NCBI GenBank assembly: GCA_027460535.1
Contig: JAPZAR010000011.1
Location: 60,001-92,000 of the forward strand
Reading direction: 5' to 3'
DNA from: Candidatus Methanoperedens sp.
Lineage (GTDB): Archaea > Halobacteriota > Methanosarcinia > Methanosarcinales > Methanoperedenaceae
Length of the DNA stretch: 32,000 nt
Part shown: one piece after another, positions 15,763 through 24,526 of the stretch
How positions within the stretch are numbered: the first letter of the stretch is position 1
Layout: every line of letters starts with the position of its first letter
Program-made: the position numbers and the translations under genes
Notes under the pieces: generated by a model
What the model saw: only the letters and a program-made list of their open reading frames with translations
Told to the model about the DNA's origin: nothing
Database searches by the model: none

Positions 15763-15770
15763 ATATAAAA
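15763..15770 (-). promoter_or_regulatory. candidate TATA box for mcm
   Basis: Reads TTTTATAT on the minus strand, about 24 nt upstream of the ATG at 15739. That spacing fits an archaeal TATA-to-TSS distance and implies a leaderless or very short-leader mRNA. Confidence 0.3.
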
Positions 15771-16201
15771 TTCGAATTAAATTATACATGTTTAATGAAG
15801 TAATATGTCTGCTCATGATTTATTTTACTCTTTATTATTCAACCCCTTTATTTCTATTGGAGAAATAAATAATAATTGTTATTATCATGATGAAATATTA
15901 AACGCAACAAATTCAGCCGGCACTTCACGGTTATAGGCATGGTTGCATATTTCATAATGTTGATTTCCAACCATTTTTTGCCTTCCGTGACGCAATTCTG
16001 GGTATTTTTACCCCTGTTTCGACTGGAGAATTTTCAATGATATCGTTTTCCATGGAAGCTCATTAGGAGGATAGTGGGCAGTTAGGGATTTTTAGGGGGT
16101 GGTGTATTTAAAAAAGTGGTTTTTCTGCCCACTGCAATTCGTATGTATACGAACTAAAGTATTTATAATTTACGCTTGCTTGATCTCCCATTTCTCTACT
16201 G

Positions 16202-17374
16202 TTATTTCACTGCGACGATTTTCACGATATCCCCGTTCTTCAATTCGTGTTTCTCGCCGAGACGCATCTTGGTGCGGGCATCCACTGCATAAAGAAATCC
16301 CTTGCCGATGTCAGTGTGTACCATGAAAGCCAGGTCTTTGGGAGTGCTTCCTTTCTTGAGCAGGAATGCATCAGGTAGCATCTTACCATTCTTGTCCGTG
16401 AACTTGTTCTCGTCCTCAACAGGATAAACTACTATCAGGTCAAGAAGCTTGAAAACGGTTTCATTGATACATTTCTGGACCCCCGTGCCCCCATTTTTCT
16501 TCATCAATGCCCGTATTTTCAAGAGCGCTTCTCTCTGGACCGCAGATAAGTTCGGTGATTCTGTAAAATCTGCATCCCCGGGAATGTACTTGATCGCCCC
16601 GCTCTTATCAGCCATGCGTAAAGCCACCTCCGCTGCTCCACTTGCAGGTATTGCTCCGACTTTCACAAGTCTGTCGATATTCTCCTGCGACGCCACATCT
16701 ATCTTATTTGCTGTTATGATAAGAGGCTTGCTTTCTGCCCTGAGCAAATCTGAAAGCTGGATTATCTGCTCATCCGTCCACATATGCGGTTTGTCGCGGG
16801 GAAGTTTCAGCTTGGTAATTGCTGTTCTCACATGAGCTTCAGTAATTCCGGCGCCTTCCAATTGTGCTGCAATTGTCTCTTCTAATTTCAATCCCTCTGC
16901 CTGTACCTTACGGGCCAGCCTTTCCCAGTTCCGCTTTAAGATACCAGAGATCCACATCGTTATTTCTGTTTCCAGGAATTCTATATCCAGAAGAGGGTCA
17001 TGAGAACCCACCGGCACCGGGGCCCCTTCTATGTCCGTGCCACCTGAGGCATCTATCACATGAATTATTGCTTTTGCCTGCCTTAAATTGTCCAGAAAGG
17101 CATTTCCGAGCCCGCGTCCTTTATGGGCATCGGGCACAAGTCCCGCCACATCTATCATACCTATGGGCACGAACCTTATACCTTCCCTGCAGTTTCCACA
17201 ATCGAGCTTTAACTCGCTGCAAGGGCAGGTTGTTCTCACATACGCTACCCCGTGGTTGGCATCAATGGTGGTGAAGGGATAATTTGCGATCTCAACATTT
17301 GCCAGCGTCGCAGCCTTGAAAAACGTTGATTTCCCACAATTTGGTTTTCCTGCAAGCGCTATCGAAACAGCCAT
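16202..17374 (-). CDS. Obg-family YchF/OLA1-related GTPase/ATPase with a C-terminal TGS-like domain
   Basis: 390 aa with G1 GKPNCGKST, YPFTTI, G3 DVAGLV and G4 ANKID. The C-terminal GDIVKIV beta-grasp-like end is typical of TGS. Confidence 0.8.
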   Translation of the reverse strand: MAVSIALAGKPNCGKSTFFKAATLANVEIANYPFTTIDANHGVAYVRTTCPCSELKLDCGNCREGIRFVPIGMIDVAGLVPDAHKGRGLGNAFLDNLRQAKAIIHVIDASGGTDIEGAPVPVGSHDPLLDIEFLETEITMWISGILKRNWERLARKVQAEGLKLEETIAAQLEGAGITEAHVRTAITKLKLPRDKPHMWTDEQIIQLSDLLRAESKPLIITANKIDVASQENIDRLVKVGAIPASGAAEVALRMADKSGAIKYIPGDADFTESPNLSAVQREALLKIRALMKKNGGTGVQKCINETVFKLLDLIVVYPVEDENKFTDKNGKMLPDAFLLKKGSTPKDLAFMVHTDIGKGFLYAVDARTKMRLGEKHELKNGDIVKIVAVK

Positions 17375-17445
17375 GCTCTGAATACATCACAAGTGAACTT
17401 AACTCTTATCTAATTAGCTTCGCAATTTGCCTGAGTTCATTACTA

Positions 17446-17811
17446 TTAAAGGATCTCTTTTATCCTGCCCACGGTCCTTTCAAGTTCACTGAAAATAGGT
17501 TCAAGGGCAGCATCCTGCGCAGCCATAACTGAAATCAGTGCTTTCTGCCCGACAGTAGCTGTAATAAGCTTACCGCCTTCATAATCTACGATCACACGAT
17601 CGGGGCTTACTTTTTCTAATTTATTGGTGGCCGCCTCGGCGGCCCTTAACAAGACTGCTGACATCATGGTCAACGTTTCGATTTCATCACTTTCATAATC
17701 GCCGATGAGAAAACCATCTCGTCCTGCCAGCGCGATCATTTTCACACCCTTAACTTTTTCTAAATCAAATAAAATTTCACTGAATATTTTATGCATCTTT
17801 CCCCCTTTCAT
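17446..17811 (-). CDS. Roadblock/LC7 (MglB-like) domain protein
   Basis: 121 aa. VKMIALAGRDGFLIG ... MSAVLLRAAEAATNKL ... GGKLITATVGQKALISVM is a typical Robl/LC7 pattern. The likely start is the second Met (MHKIF). Confidence 0.7.
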   Translation of the reverse strand: MKGGKMHKIFSEILFDLEKVKGVKMIALAGRDGFLIGDYESDEIETLTMMSAVLLRAAEAATNKLEKVSPDRVIVDYEGGKLITATVGQKALISVMAAQDAALEPIFSELERTVGRIKEIL

Positions 17812-17993
17812 ATTTTCCCTTAATCTACTATCGACGTACCGCTTAATATTTTTTTCCTTTTCAAAGAAGGATTTTTTTAAGGCAAAGGGATGCCATAGAT
17901 TTCATCAAACCCGCTAAAAAAAAGACGGAACAAAATCCAATGGAATTAATAATGTAATAAAATTGAAATATCATCAAATCCATTTACGATCAT

Positions 17994-18215
17994 ATGGAAG
18001 AACTTGATGTAAGGGGTAAGGTTTGCCCTTTTCCGCTTTTCTATGTGAAACGCAAGATATCGGAAATGAACCCTGGTGAAGAACTTGAGATCATTGCCGA
18101 TGACCTTACAGCAAAGGAGACCATACCGAATTGGAGCAAGATCCACGATCAGGAGATCGTAAGTATCAAAGATGAGGGGAATTTCTTTAGAATAATAATC
18201 CGCATAAGAGAATAA
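17994..18215 (+). CDS. TusA/SirA-like sulfur-carrier protein
   Basis: 73 aa with the CPxP motif (LDVRGKVCPFPLF). Second TusA-like gene in the window. Confidence 0.75.
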   Translation: MEELDVRGKVCPFPLFYVKRKISEMNPGEELEIIADDLTAKETIPNWSKIHDQEIVSIKDEGNFFRIIIRIRE

Positions 18216-18217
18216 GT

Positions 18218-20257
18218 TTATTCAGCTTCTTTTTTAGGACTGGCTTTCTTCTCTTCTTCGAGTTTCTTCTTCCACTCAATGAAATTGCAGTGCGGGCATC
18301 CTATGTCCCAGGGGCGCCTCCCTTTATTTATTATCTTGATGTAATAAAGACCATGTTCATCGCACTGCTTATCAGTGACCACAATCTGTCCGCTTTTTGG
18401 CAACGGCAGGGTAAAATCGCATTTCGGATAAGCAGAACATCCGATGAACCGTGAGCCTTTTTTGGATTTGCGGATTATGAGGTCGGAAGAGCATTTCTGG
18501 CATGTCCCTATAATACGGTCTTCGTACAACCCGTTCCTCAGGGATTCTGTTATGAGTTCCTTGTTTTTAGACATGTCCCTGAACACCTCATCCAGCATCT
18601 CTCTTGATTCTTTGACGACGAAATCCTCGGTGATCTTGCCATCGGATATTTCATCCATGTCATGTTCCAGCTTGCCTGTCATCTCGGGTTTCGTAATAGT
18701 GTTTGCATATTTCTCAAGCGCTTCAATGACGGCATAAGCGGTCTTCGTGGGCTGCAAGGGATTGCCGTGCACATACGCCCTTGAATAGAGCTTGGATATT
18801 ATTTCATGGCGCGTAGATTTTGTCCCGATCCCCAGGTCTTCCATGATCTTTATAAGATGGCCCTGCCCGTATCTTGAAGGGGGCTGGGTCTCCTTCCCGA
18901 CGAGATTCACTTCTTTTACGGTCAAAACCTGGCCCTCCATAAGCTGGGGCAATATCCTATCTTCAGGAACATTATATGAGTAGTACCATCTCCAGCCCGG
19001 GTCGATAAGCCTGGCACCGTTCGCACCGAATTCCTCGCCGCCGATATCTACCGTGATTGCCATGGTCTCCCAATGGGTCTCTCCTGCGAATGTTGCAAAA
19101 AACCGTCTCACCACCAGTTCGTATATTTTCCATTCATCCTCCCTGAGCTCGCTTCTTTTAACAGGCGTAGCGGGATGGATGGGTGGATGGTCTGTGGTTT
19201 CCTTTTTGCCCCGTGTGGGGGTGAGCTCCATGGAAAGCAGCTTCTGCGCGTACTCCTTGAATTCGGTATTTAGAAACGATTTGATAATGTCTTTTGTATC
19301 AAGGGTCGCTGGATAAACGGTATTATCGGTTCGCGGGTAGGAAATGAACCCATTAACGTAGAGGAACTCGGCTATGCGCATGGCATTTGCTGCTGAAATC
19401 CCTATCGCGCTCGCTGCCCTCAAGAACTCCGTGGTATTGAACGGGGTTGGGGGCTTTTCGGTTCTTTTCCCGAGTGCAATGCTTTTTACGGTGCCGGTTT
19501 TTCCGAGTTTCGCCATTATAGCTTCGGCCTCGGCTTTGTCCAGGAATCGCCCATTCTTATGCTGGGTTTCGAATTCTCCCCCATTCACAAGTTTAGCAAA
19601 GAGTTCCCAGTAGGGGACAGGCACGAAAATATCGCGCTCTTTTTCGCGATTCACTATTATTGCAAGTGTGGGCGATTGCACCCTTCCCACAGAGAGGAAC
19701 TTGTCTCCGAGCCTGCCTGAACTCAGCGACACAAAACGTGTGAGGACGGCTCCCCATATCAGATCAATGACCTGCCGCGACTCTCCCGCGGCTGCAAGAT
19801 TGAAATCTATTTTGGTTGGGGTAGAGAAGGCTTTTATTATCTCTCCCGGGGTTATGGTGCTGTAGTGCACCCGGTCTGCCGATATATCCGGATTTACCTT
19901 TTTTATCACCTTCAGCGCTTCCACGCCGATCAACTCACCTTCCCTGTCGTAGTCTGTAGCAATGGTGAGATGGTCTGCCTCTTTCCCGAGTTTCCGAATG
20001 GCAGTAACAATATTGGCATGTGTGGGTATCGTCAATACATCGGCATGTATCAGGTCTTTTACGTCTGTTTTCTGCCAGTTATTGTAATCCTTGGGAAAAT
20101 CCACTTCCACGATATGCCCTGACAGTCCTATGACCTTCGTACCGTCGAACTTATACGTGTCGACTCCGTTTATTCTCTCCTTCGTCGGCTTCTTTTCCGC
20201 AAGTATTGCCGCGATTCTCTTGGCAGTATCATGTTTTTCTGTTATGATAAGATGCAT
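18218..20257 (-). CDS. topA: type IA DNA topoisomerase (TopA/Topo III-like) with C-terminal zinc ribbons
   Basis: 679 aa with an N-terminal Toprim (MHLIITEKHDTAKRIA ... DYDREGE), the active-site Tyr context GFISYPRTDN and RVQSPTL. Two C-terminal Cys4-type ribbons are present (CQKCSS...CSAYPKC; CDEHG...CPHC). Confidence 0.9.
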   Translation of the reverse strand: MHLIITEKHDTAKRIAAILAEKKPTKERINGVDTYKFDGTKVIGLSGHIVEVDFPKDYNNWQKTDVKDLIHADVLTIPTHANIVTAIRKLGKEADHLTIATDYDREGELIGVEALKVIKKVNPDISADRVHYSTITPGEIIKAFSTPTKIDFNLAAAGESRQVIDLIWGAVLTRFVSLSSGRLGDKFLSVGRVQSPTLAIIVNREKERDIFVPVPYWELFAKLVNGGEFETQHKNGRFLDKAEAEAIMAKLGKTGTVKSIALGKRTEKPPTPFNTTEFLRAASAIGISAANAMRIAEFLYVNGFISYPRTDNTVYPATLDTKDIIKSFLNTEFKEYAQKLLSMELTPTRGKKETTDHPPIHPATPVKRSELREDEWKIYELVVRRFFATFAGETHWETMAITVDIGGEEFGANGARLIDPGWRWYYSYNVPEDRILPQLMEGQVLTVKEVNLVGKETQPPSRYGQGHLIKIMEDLGIGTKSTRHEIISKLYSRAYVHGNPLQPTKTAYAVIEALEKYANTITKPEMTGKLEHDMDEISDGKITEDFVVKESREMLDEVFRDMSKNKELITESLRNGLYEDRIIGTCQKCSSDLIIRKSKKGSRFIGCSAYPKCDFTLPLPKSGQIVVTDKQCDEHGLYYIKIINKGRRPWDIGCPHCNFIEWKKKLEEEKKASPKKEAE

Positions 20258-20330
20258 CGTATCCTCAGAGCCGTCTGGATTAGTCTGTAACTTATTTAAA
20301 TAGTTTTGGTTGCCAAACTTCCTGAAGACC

Positions 20331-21281
20331 TTATTTCAAAACCTTCTTTAACATCTCGATTCCCCTGATCTCATCCTCGAACATGGGGATCTTTGCCACA
20401 ACCAGCCCCCCGAACTTTTTATCGATGAGTTCAAGATAATGCTCCTGTTCGGCCTGTTTATTCACGACAAAGGAAGAGTGTGAGTCCGTATGTGGCATGA
20501 CCTGGTTCACTATCACCCCGCCCACGGGAATCTGGAATGCTCTCACCCAGTAGATGAACCGCTCCACGACTGAAATTGGGAGTGCAAGCGGAAGCGTGAC
20601 AAAATAGAATGCTGTGAGGGCAGGGTCGGTGAGGAGCTTTCTTATCTCCTCGGTCTTACGCCTGGATTCCAGAAGACCTTCGACCATGGGGTCACAAACC
20701 TCTTTTTTCTCCTTTTTGAAAGAAAGCGATTTCTTCAGGCACATAGCCTCTTCCCTGCTCTTTATCATTTTCCCAAGCCACATGTCGTACATCTTGCTCA
20801 TTCCAAGAAGGCGATATGTATGCGCGACCGGGGCCGTATCAAAGATATAGCAATCATACCTGTCCTGGAGTATCACATCCATGACATTATCGAACATCGC
20901 CGATTCTTCAAAGGCAGGGTTCGTGGTCGCAGCATCCACGAAAGGCGTGGGGTCTATCGGGATGTCTGCATATTTCAGGAAATCAAGGATCTTGCTGCGC
21001 GTATTCTCGCGGTACTTTTCAACTGTTGCACCTGTCTCGATCTCAAGTGCGAAGAGGTTACTGCATCCCTCCACTGGCGCTTCCCCGCGGCCAATGAATT
21101 GCTGTCCAAAGCAGCTTGAGAGGCTGTGCACCGGGTTCGTGCTGCAAAGGAGCGTCTTCTTGCCCATCGATGCAAGATAAATCGCTGTTGCCGAGGCCAT
21201 TACTGTTTTGCCCACGCCTCCCTTACCCCCGAAGAAAAGATATTTGGCTTTTCCTTCAGTAAGTTTACTCATCTCTTTCAC
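20331..21281 (-). CDS. ArsA/Get3-family P-loop ATPase, single-domain copy B
   Basis: 316 aa with a deviant Walker A (GGKGGVGKT) and the switch-region block FDTAPVAHT. Its start overlaps the stop of copy A by 4 nt. Confidence 0.8.
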   Translation of the reverse strand: MKEMSKLTEGKAKYLFFGGKGGVGKTVMASATAIYLASMGKKTLLCSTNPVHSLSSCFGQQFIGRGEAPVEGCSNLFALEIETGATVEKYRENTRSKILDFLKYADIPIDPTPFVDAATTNPAFEESAMFDNVMDVILQDRYDCYIFDTAPVAHTYRLLGMSKMYDMWLGKMIKSREEAMCLKKSLSFKKEKKEVCDPMVEGLLESRRKTEEIRKLLTDPALTAFYFVTLPLALPISVVERFIYWVRAFQIPVGGVIVNQVMPHTDSHSSFVVNKQAEQEHYLELIDKKFGGLVVAKIPMFEDEIRGIEMLKKVLK

Positions 21282-22213
21282 CCATACACTATACCGGCAG
21301 TCTTTTCAAGCATAGCCAGTCCTTTCGGTTCGCGATCCATCATCGGAACCTCTGCCACTAGCCTGTCACCAAATTTCTCGCGTATGATTTCCATGTTGCC
21401 CTGCTGCATTCTGACCCTGCTCTTCAGGAAATCGGGCACATTCTGGTCATCGCGCAACTCGCGCGGGTACACCTGGTTCACGATGATCCCGGATAGTTCA
21501 ATCCCAAATTTCTTGAACTCTTTGATCGCTATCTCGGTATCAAGGATAGCCATCTGTTCAGGGATGACCACGTAGAAGAGAGCGGTCGTATCACGTCCGC
21601 CTATGATCTTTGCCATGAAACCTAGCCGGTTCTTGATATCCTGGAGCTCCTCCAGAATTCCCATTTCCCCGGATTCCTGCTTTTTGCCTGATATCCTTTT
21701 GACCCTGTCGTCTACATCGTGCGAATCCTTTCGTATATCCACGACTTTGTTTATCCAGACGTCAAGGAGGGATGCCATGGAGAGGAACCGTATAGCATGC
21801 CCGTGCGGCATCATGTCGAAGATATAGTAATCATAGTTCCCTGCCATAATGAGTTCAATCATGCTGTCAAATGTGGCGCTTTCAGACATGGCAGGCTGCG
21901 CTGATGCGCTCTTGATGTAATCTTCGATCTCTTCCGGCACCTCGCCGTACATGTCCAAAATCTTTTTCCTGACACTGGCCTGGTACTCCGAGACCACCCT
22001 GTCGGCATCTATCTCAAGGGCAAAGAGGTTCGGGACAAGCTGCACTTCACCTTTACCGAAAAGGTCCTGCTCGAATACATCGGTGAGGGATGCCTGCGGG
22101 TCGGTCGAAAAAACGATGACCTTTTTACCCTTTGATGCAAGATAGCGCGCCGTAGTTGCTGAAAGAGTGGTCTTTCCGAGACCGCCCTTACCTGCGAAGA
22201 GCAGGTACTTCAT
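21278..22213 (-). CDS. ArsA/Get3-family P-loop ATPase, single-domain copy A
   Basis: 311 aa with Walker A AGKGGLGKT and STDPQASL. The switch block is diverged to FDMMPHGHA. Confidence 0.8.
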   Translation of the reverse strand: MKYLLFAGKGGLGKTTLSATTARYLASKGKKVIVFSTDPQASLTDVFEQDLFGKGEVQLVPNLFALEIDADRVVSEYQASVRKKILDMYGEVPEEIEDYIKSASAQPAMSESATFDSMIELIMAGNYDYYIFDMMPHGHAIRFLSMASLLDVWINKVVDIRKDSHDVDDRVKRISGKKQESGEMGILEELQDIKNRLGFMAKIIGGRDTTALFYVVIPEQMAILDTEIAIKEFKKFGIELSGIIVNQVYPRELRDDQNVPDFLKSRVRMQQGNMEIIREKFGDRLVAEVPMMDREPKGLAMLEKTAGIVYG

Positions 22214-22247
22214 ACCGGGGCGTTCAATTATGTCTTTGAGAATAGAT

Positions 22248-22535
22248 TCATCCTCCGAACATCCTGTCAGTCACATCGCGATCCCGCAGGAGTGTCCTTT
22301 TCCAGGTCTTCACATGCGGCACGACATGAGGCAGCAGACGCAGCGAATAATACGGCGGAAGCACCGGAATCCCCAGCATGTCGCCCATGACGATAAGCAT
22401 GAACAGATTCTCCATATGCATGCGGGTTCGGAGCGAATATGTCACCATGTCATGCGCCGCCATCCCGTATACGAAGTCCTTGATTGCGCTCTTTATAGAT
22501 GCGAGTCCTTTTTTCTCATTTTTCTGCTTATCCAT
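22248..22535 (-). CDS. small conserved-looking protein (95 aa) coupled to cstA
   Basis: The ATG overlaps the cstA TAA by 1 nt (TAATG at 22533..22537). It has a basic N-terminus and a central moderately hydrophobic stretch (LFMLIVMGDMLGIPVLPPYY). It does not resemble YbdD/YjiX by eye. Confidence 0.5.
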   Translation of the reverse strand: MDKQKNEKKGLASIKSAIKDFVYGMAAHDMVTYSLRTRMHMENLFMLIVMGDMLGIPVLPPYYSLRLLPHVVPHVKTWKRTLLRDRDVTDRMFGG

Positions 22536-24187
22536 TATTGCACCTCATTTTGCCGGCTAATTCTTCTTCTCTGGAAAGCTCCGTATATGTCAATACACAT
22601 CATAAGTGCTGCGATTATCAGAATGACCCCTATGATTCCTGCCACTATGTTCCCCGCAGCGATCGGGGTCGAGGCAAATCCCTTTGTAAGAGATTGATAA
22701 CTCGCGTAACCCAGGGCCGCGATCGTCGTGATGATCATGAATACTCCGGGGATTCCTGAGATCATCCAGCTCTTTTTGGTATCGATAAGCCATAACGTAA
22801 TAAGCATCAGTGAAAGCCCTGCCATGAGCTGGTTTGACCCGCCGAACAAAACCCAGATATAGAACCATGTGCCCCCGAAGGTGGGGCTTGCCAGTACAAA
22901 AGTCACTGCCAGGAAGAGTATGGAGGCAATGTACTTGTTCCGGAGCAGGGGCACTCTTTCCCCGCCTATTTCATGTATCGTAAGCCTGCCCAGGCGCACC
23001 ACAAGCATCATGACGGCAAGCGCCAGGGCAATAAATATGAGCCCCACATATGCAAGGGCCGTATTGCTACCCCCCAGGAGCGACCCTGCCCCTTTTGTGA
23101 ATATTGCCGCGGCTGGAAGACCCTGTGTGCTCGATGCCGGGAGCACGGCCACGATGGAGAGCGCCAGAAGGGCAAGCGCCCCTTCGGCAAGCATGGAACC
23201 CGCGGTTACCGGAGCGACGTCGCGTTCGTTCTCTATCTGCTTTGAGGTAGCTGAACTGCTCACCAGGCTGTGCCAGCCCGAGACAGACCCGCAAGCTATC
23301 GTTACGAAAAGGAGAGGCCAGAGAGGCATTGCGGCTGAACCCGTCAATCCCGCAAAGAAACCGGTATAATTCGGTATGACATAATCAGGGTGGCCGAAAA
23401 TAAGGGAGGCGACGAGGGCTATGAGCCCGAAGAACACCACGTAGAAGAACATATAGATCGTGGGCTGGGTGAAGCTCCATATCGGCGTGAGGGCGGCTAT
23501 GAAGCAGAGCACAAGGAGGGCCAGAAGCCAGATATTGACGTCAGCGATGCTGACCGGAAGTGATGCGCCAGCAAAAATGCCACCTATAACTAACACTATA
23601 CCTGATACGGTTCCCACGAATGGGTTAATCTTGAATTTATAGATGAGTAAGCCTACAAATATACCTGCAAAGATTACCGTTGCGGTCGGGAGAATGGAAT
23701 TGACACTTGCCTTGAGCATTCCTGCCGCGAGGCTTGCGAAGGCAGCCATGATAAGGATCAGGTAGAAAACAAGGAAGACCATAAGGATGTTTCTTGTGCG
23801 CGGACTTATGAGTTCATATGACAGCGGACCGAAACTTTTGCCTTCGTTCCTCAATGAGACCATACAGGAAAAGTAATCCTGCACCCAGCCGATGAAGATG
23901 TTTCCCACAAGTATCCAGATGAGCGCGGGCAGCCAGCCCCAGAGCAGGGCGGCAGTGATTGCTCCCACGATTGGCGAAAGGCCTGCTATGCTCTTGAACT
24001 GGAAGCCAAAGAGCACGAACTTGTTTGTGGGGAAATACTCCACGCCGTCCATATAGACCCTGGCCGGGGTTGCCCGCGCCGGGTCACATTTCATTACGTC
24101 GCGATCGATCTTTTTCACCCTGTAATAGTAGACCAGAAGATAGACTATGATACCTGCAATAAGTATCATGGCTGCGTTCACCAACAT
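22535..24187 (-). CDS. cstA: CstA-family (carbon starvation protein A / BtsT-like) transporter
   Basis: 550 aa and polytopic. The N-terminal block FPTNKFVLFGFQFKSIAGLSPIVGAITAALLWGWLPALIWILVGNIFIGWVQDY is characteristic of CstA. A strong SD (AAGGAGGA) lies 8-10 nt upstream of the ATG. Confidence 0.9.
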   Translation of the reverse strand: MLVNAAMILIAGIIVYLLVYYYRVKKIDRDVMKCDPARATPARVYMDGVEYFPTNKFVLFGFQFKSIAGLSPIVGAITAALLWGWLPALIWILVGNIFIGWVQDYFSCMVSLRNEGKSFGPLSYELISPRTRNILMVFLVFYLILIMAAFASLAAGMLKASVNSILPTATVIFAGIFVGLLIYKFKINPFVGTVSGIVLVIGGIFAGASLPVSIADVNIWLLALLVLCFIAALTPIWSFTQPTIYMFFYVVFFGLIALVASLIFGHPDYVIPNYTGFFAGLTGSAAMPLWPLLFVTIACGSVSGWHSLVSSSATSKQIENERDVAPVTAGSMLAEGALALLALSIVAVLPASSTQGLPAAAIFTKGAGSLLGGSNTALAYVGLIFIALALAVMMLVVRLGRLTIHEIGGERVPLLRNKYIASILFLAVTFVLASPTFGGTWFYIWVLFGGSNQLMAGLSLMLITLWLIDTKKSWMISGIPGVFMIITTIAALGYASYQSLTKGFASTPIAAGNIVAGIIGVILIIAALMMCIDIYGAFQRRRISRQNEVQ

Positions 24188-24369
24188 CCTTCAAATCCTC
24201 CTTTTCCGACACCCCCATTGGTGTCATCATGAAAACACCATCAATGTTTATTAAGGTTTCGCTATGTGTTTTTTCGCGCAGGCTGCCCTGCAACTGCATC
24301 GGTGGCACTGAGCATCATATTATATCTTGTGGATAATGGAGACTTTTTATTATTTTCTGGTTTGAAAAA

Positions 24370-24434
24370 CCACAGAGAGCACAGAGGACACAGAGAAACG
24401 CAACAACTCTCCGTGCTCTCCGTGTCCTCTGTGG
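24370..24434 (-). repeat. long imperfect hairpin built from 9-nt CACAGAG-type subrepeats (REP-like); possible intrinsic-terminator-like element
   Basis: The arms are 24370..24396 and 24408..24434 (27 nt each) with an 11-nt loop. As + strand RNA it has 21 Watson-Crick pairs, 2 G-U pairs and 4 A-C mismatches. As - strand RNA the four A-C become U-G wobbles. On the - strand it is followed immediately by TTTTT (24365..24369). It lies 93 nt downstream of the cupin gene stop. Confidence 0.7.
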
Positions 24435-24526
24435 TAGATTATCCCGGATGGGACTCATTTATCCAGAATAAATTAAAAAGTCTCAGATAATGAACGCAAA
24501 AAGAGGAAAATATAGCGGGGTTTTTT

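Noticed and set aside
16099-16326. 75-aa + strand ORF bridging the mcm-upstream spacer and the GTPase 3' end
   Set aside because: It starts in non-coding DNA and runs antisense into the GTPase gene. Its composition is not protein-like (Cys/Arg/Ser/Phe-rich).
20975-23369. Multiple alternative-frame ORFs across the ArsA-like and cstA genes (e.g. 20975..21175, 22167..22697, 22869..23369)
   Set aside because: They overlap longer frames that carry clear Walker A or CstA family motifs. Their Arg/Ser/Pro/His-rich translations indicate chance ORFs.
24266-24490. 74-aa + strand ORF upstream of cstA (contains NHREHRGHRETQQLSVLSVSSVV)
   Set aside because: The ORF exists only because it reads through the periodic hairpin. 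The repetitive peptide is a by-product of the 9-nt DNA periodicity.
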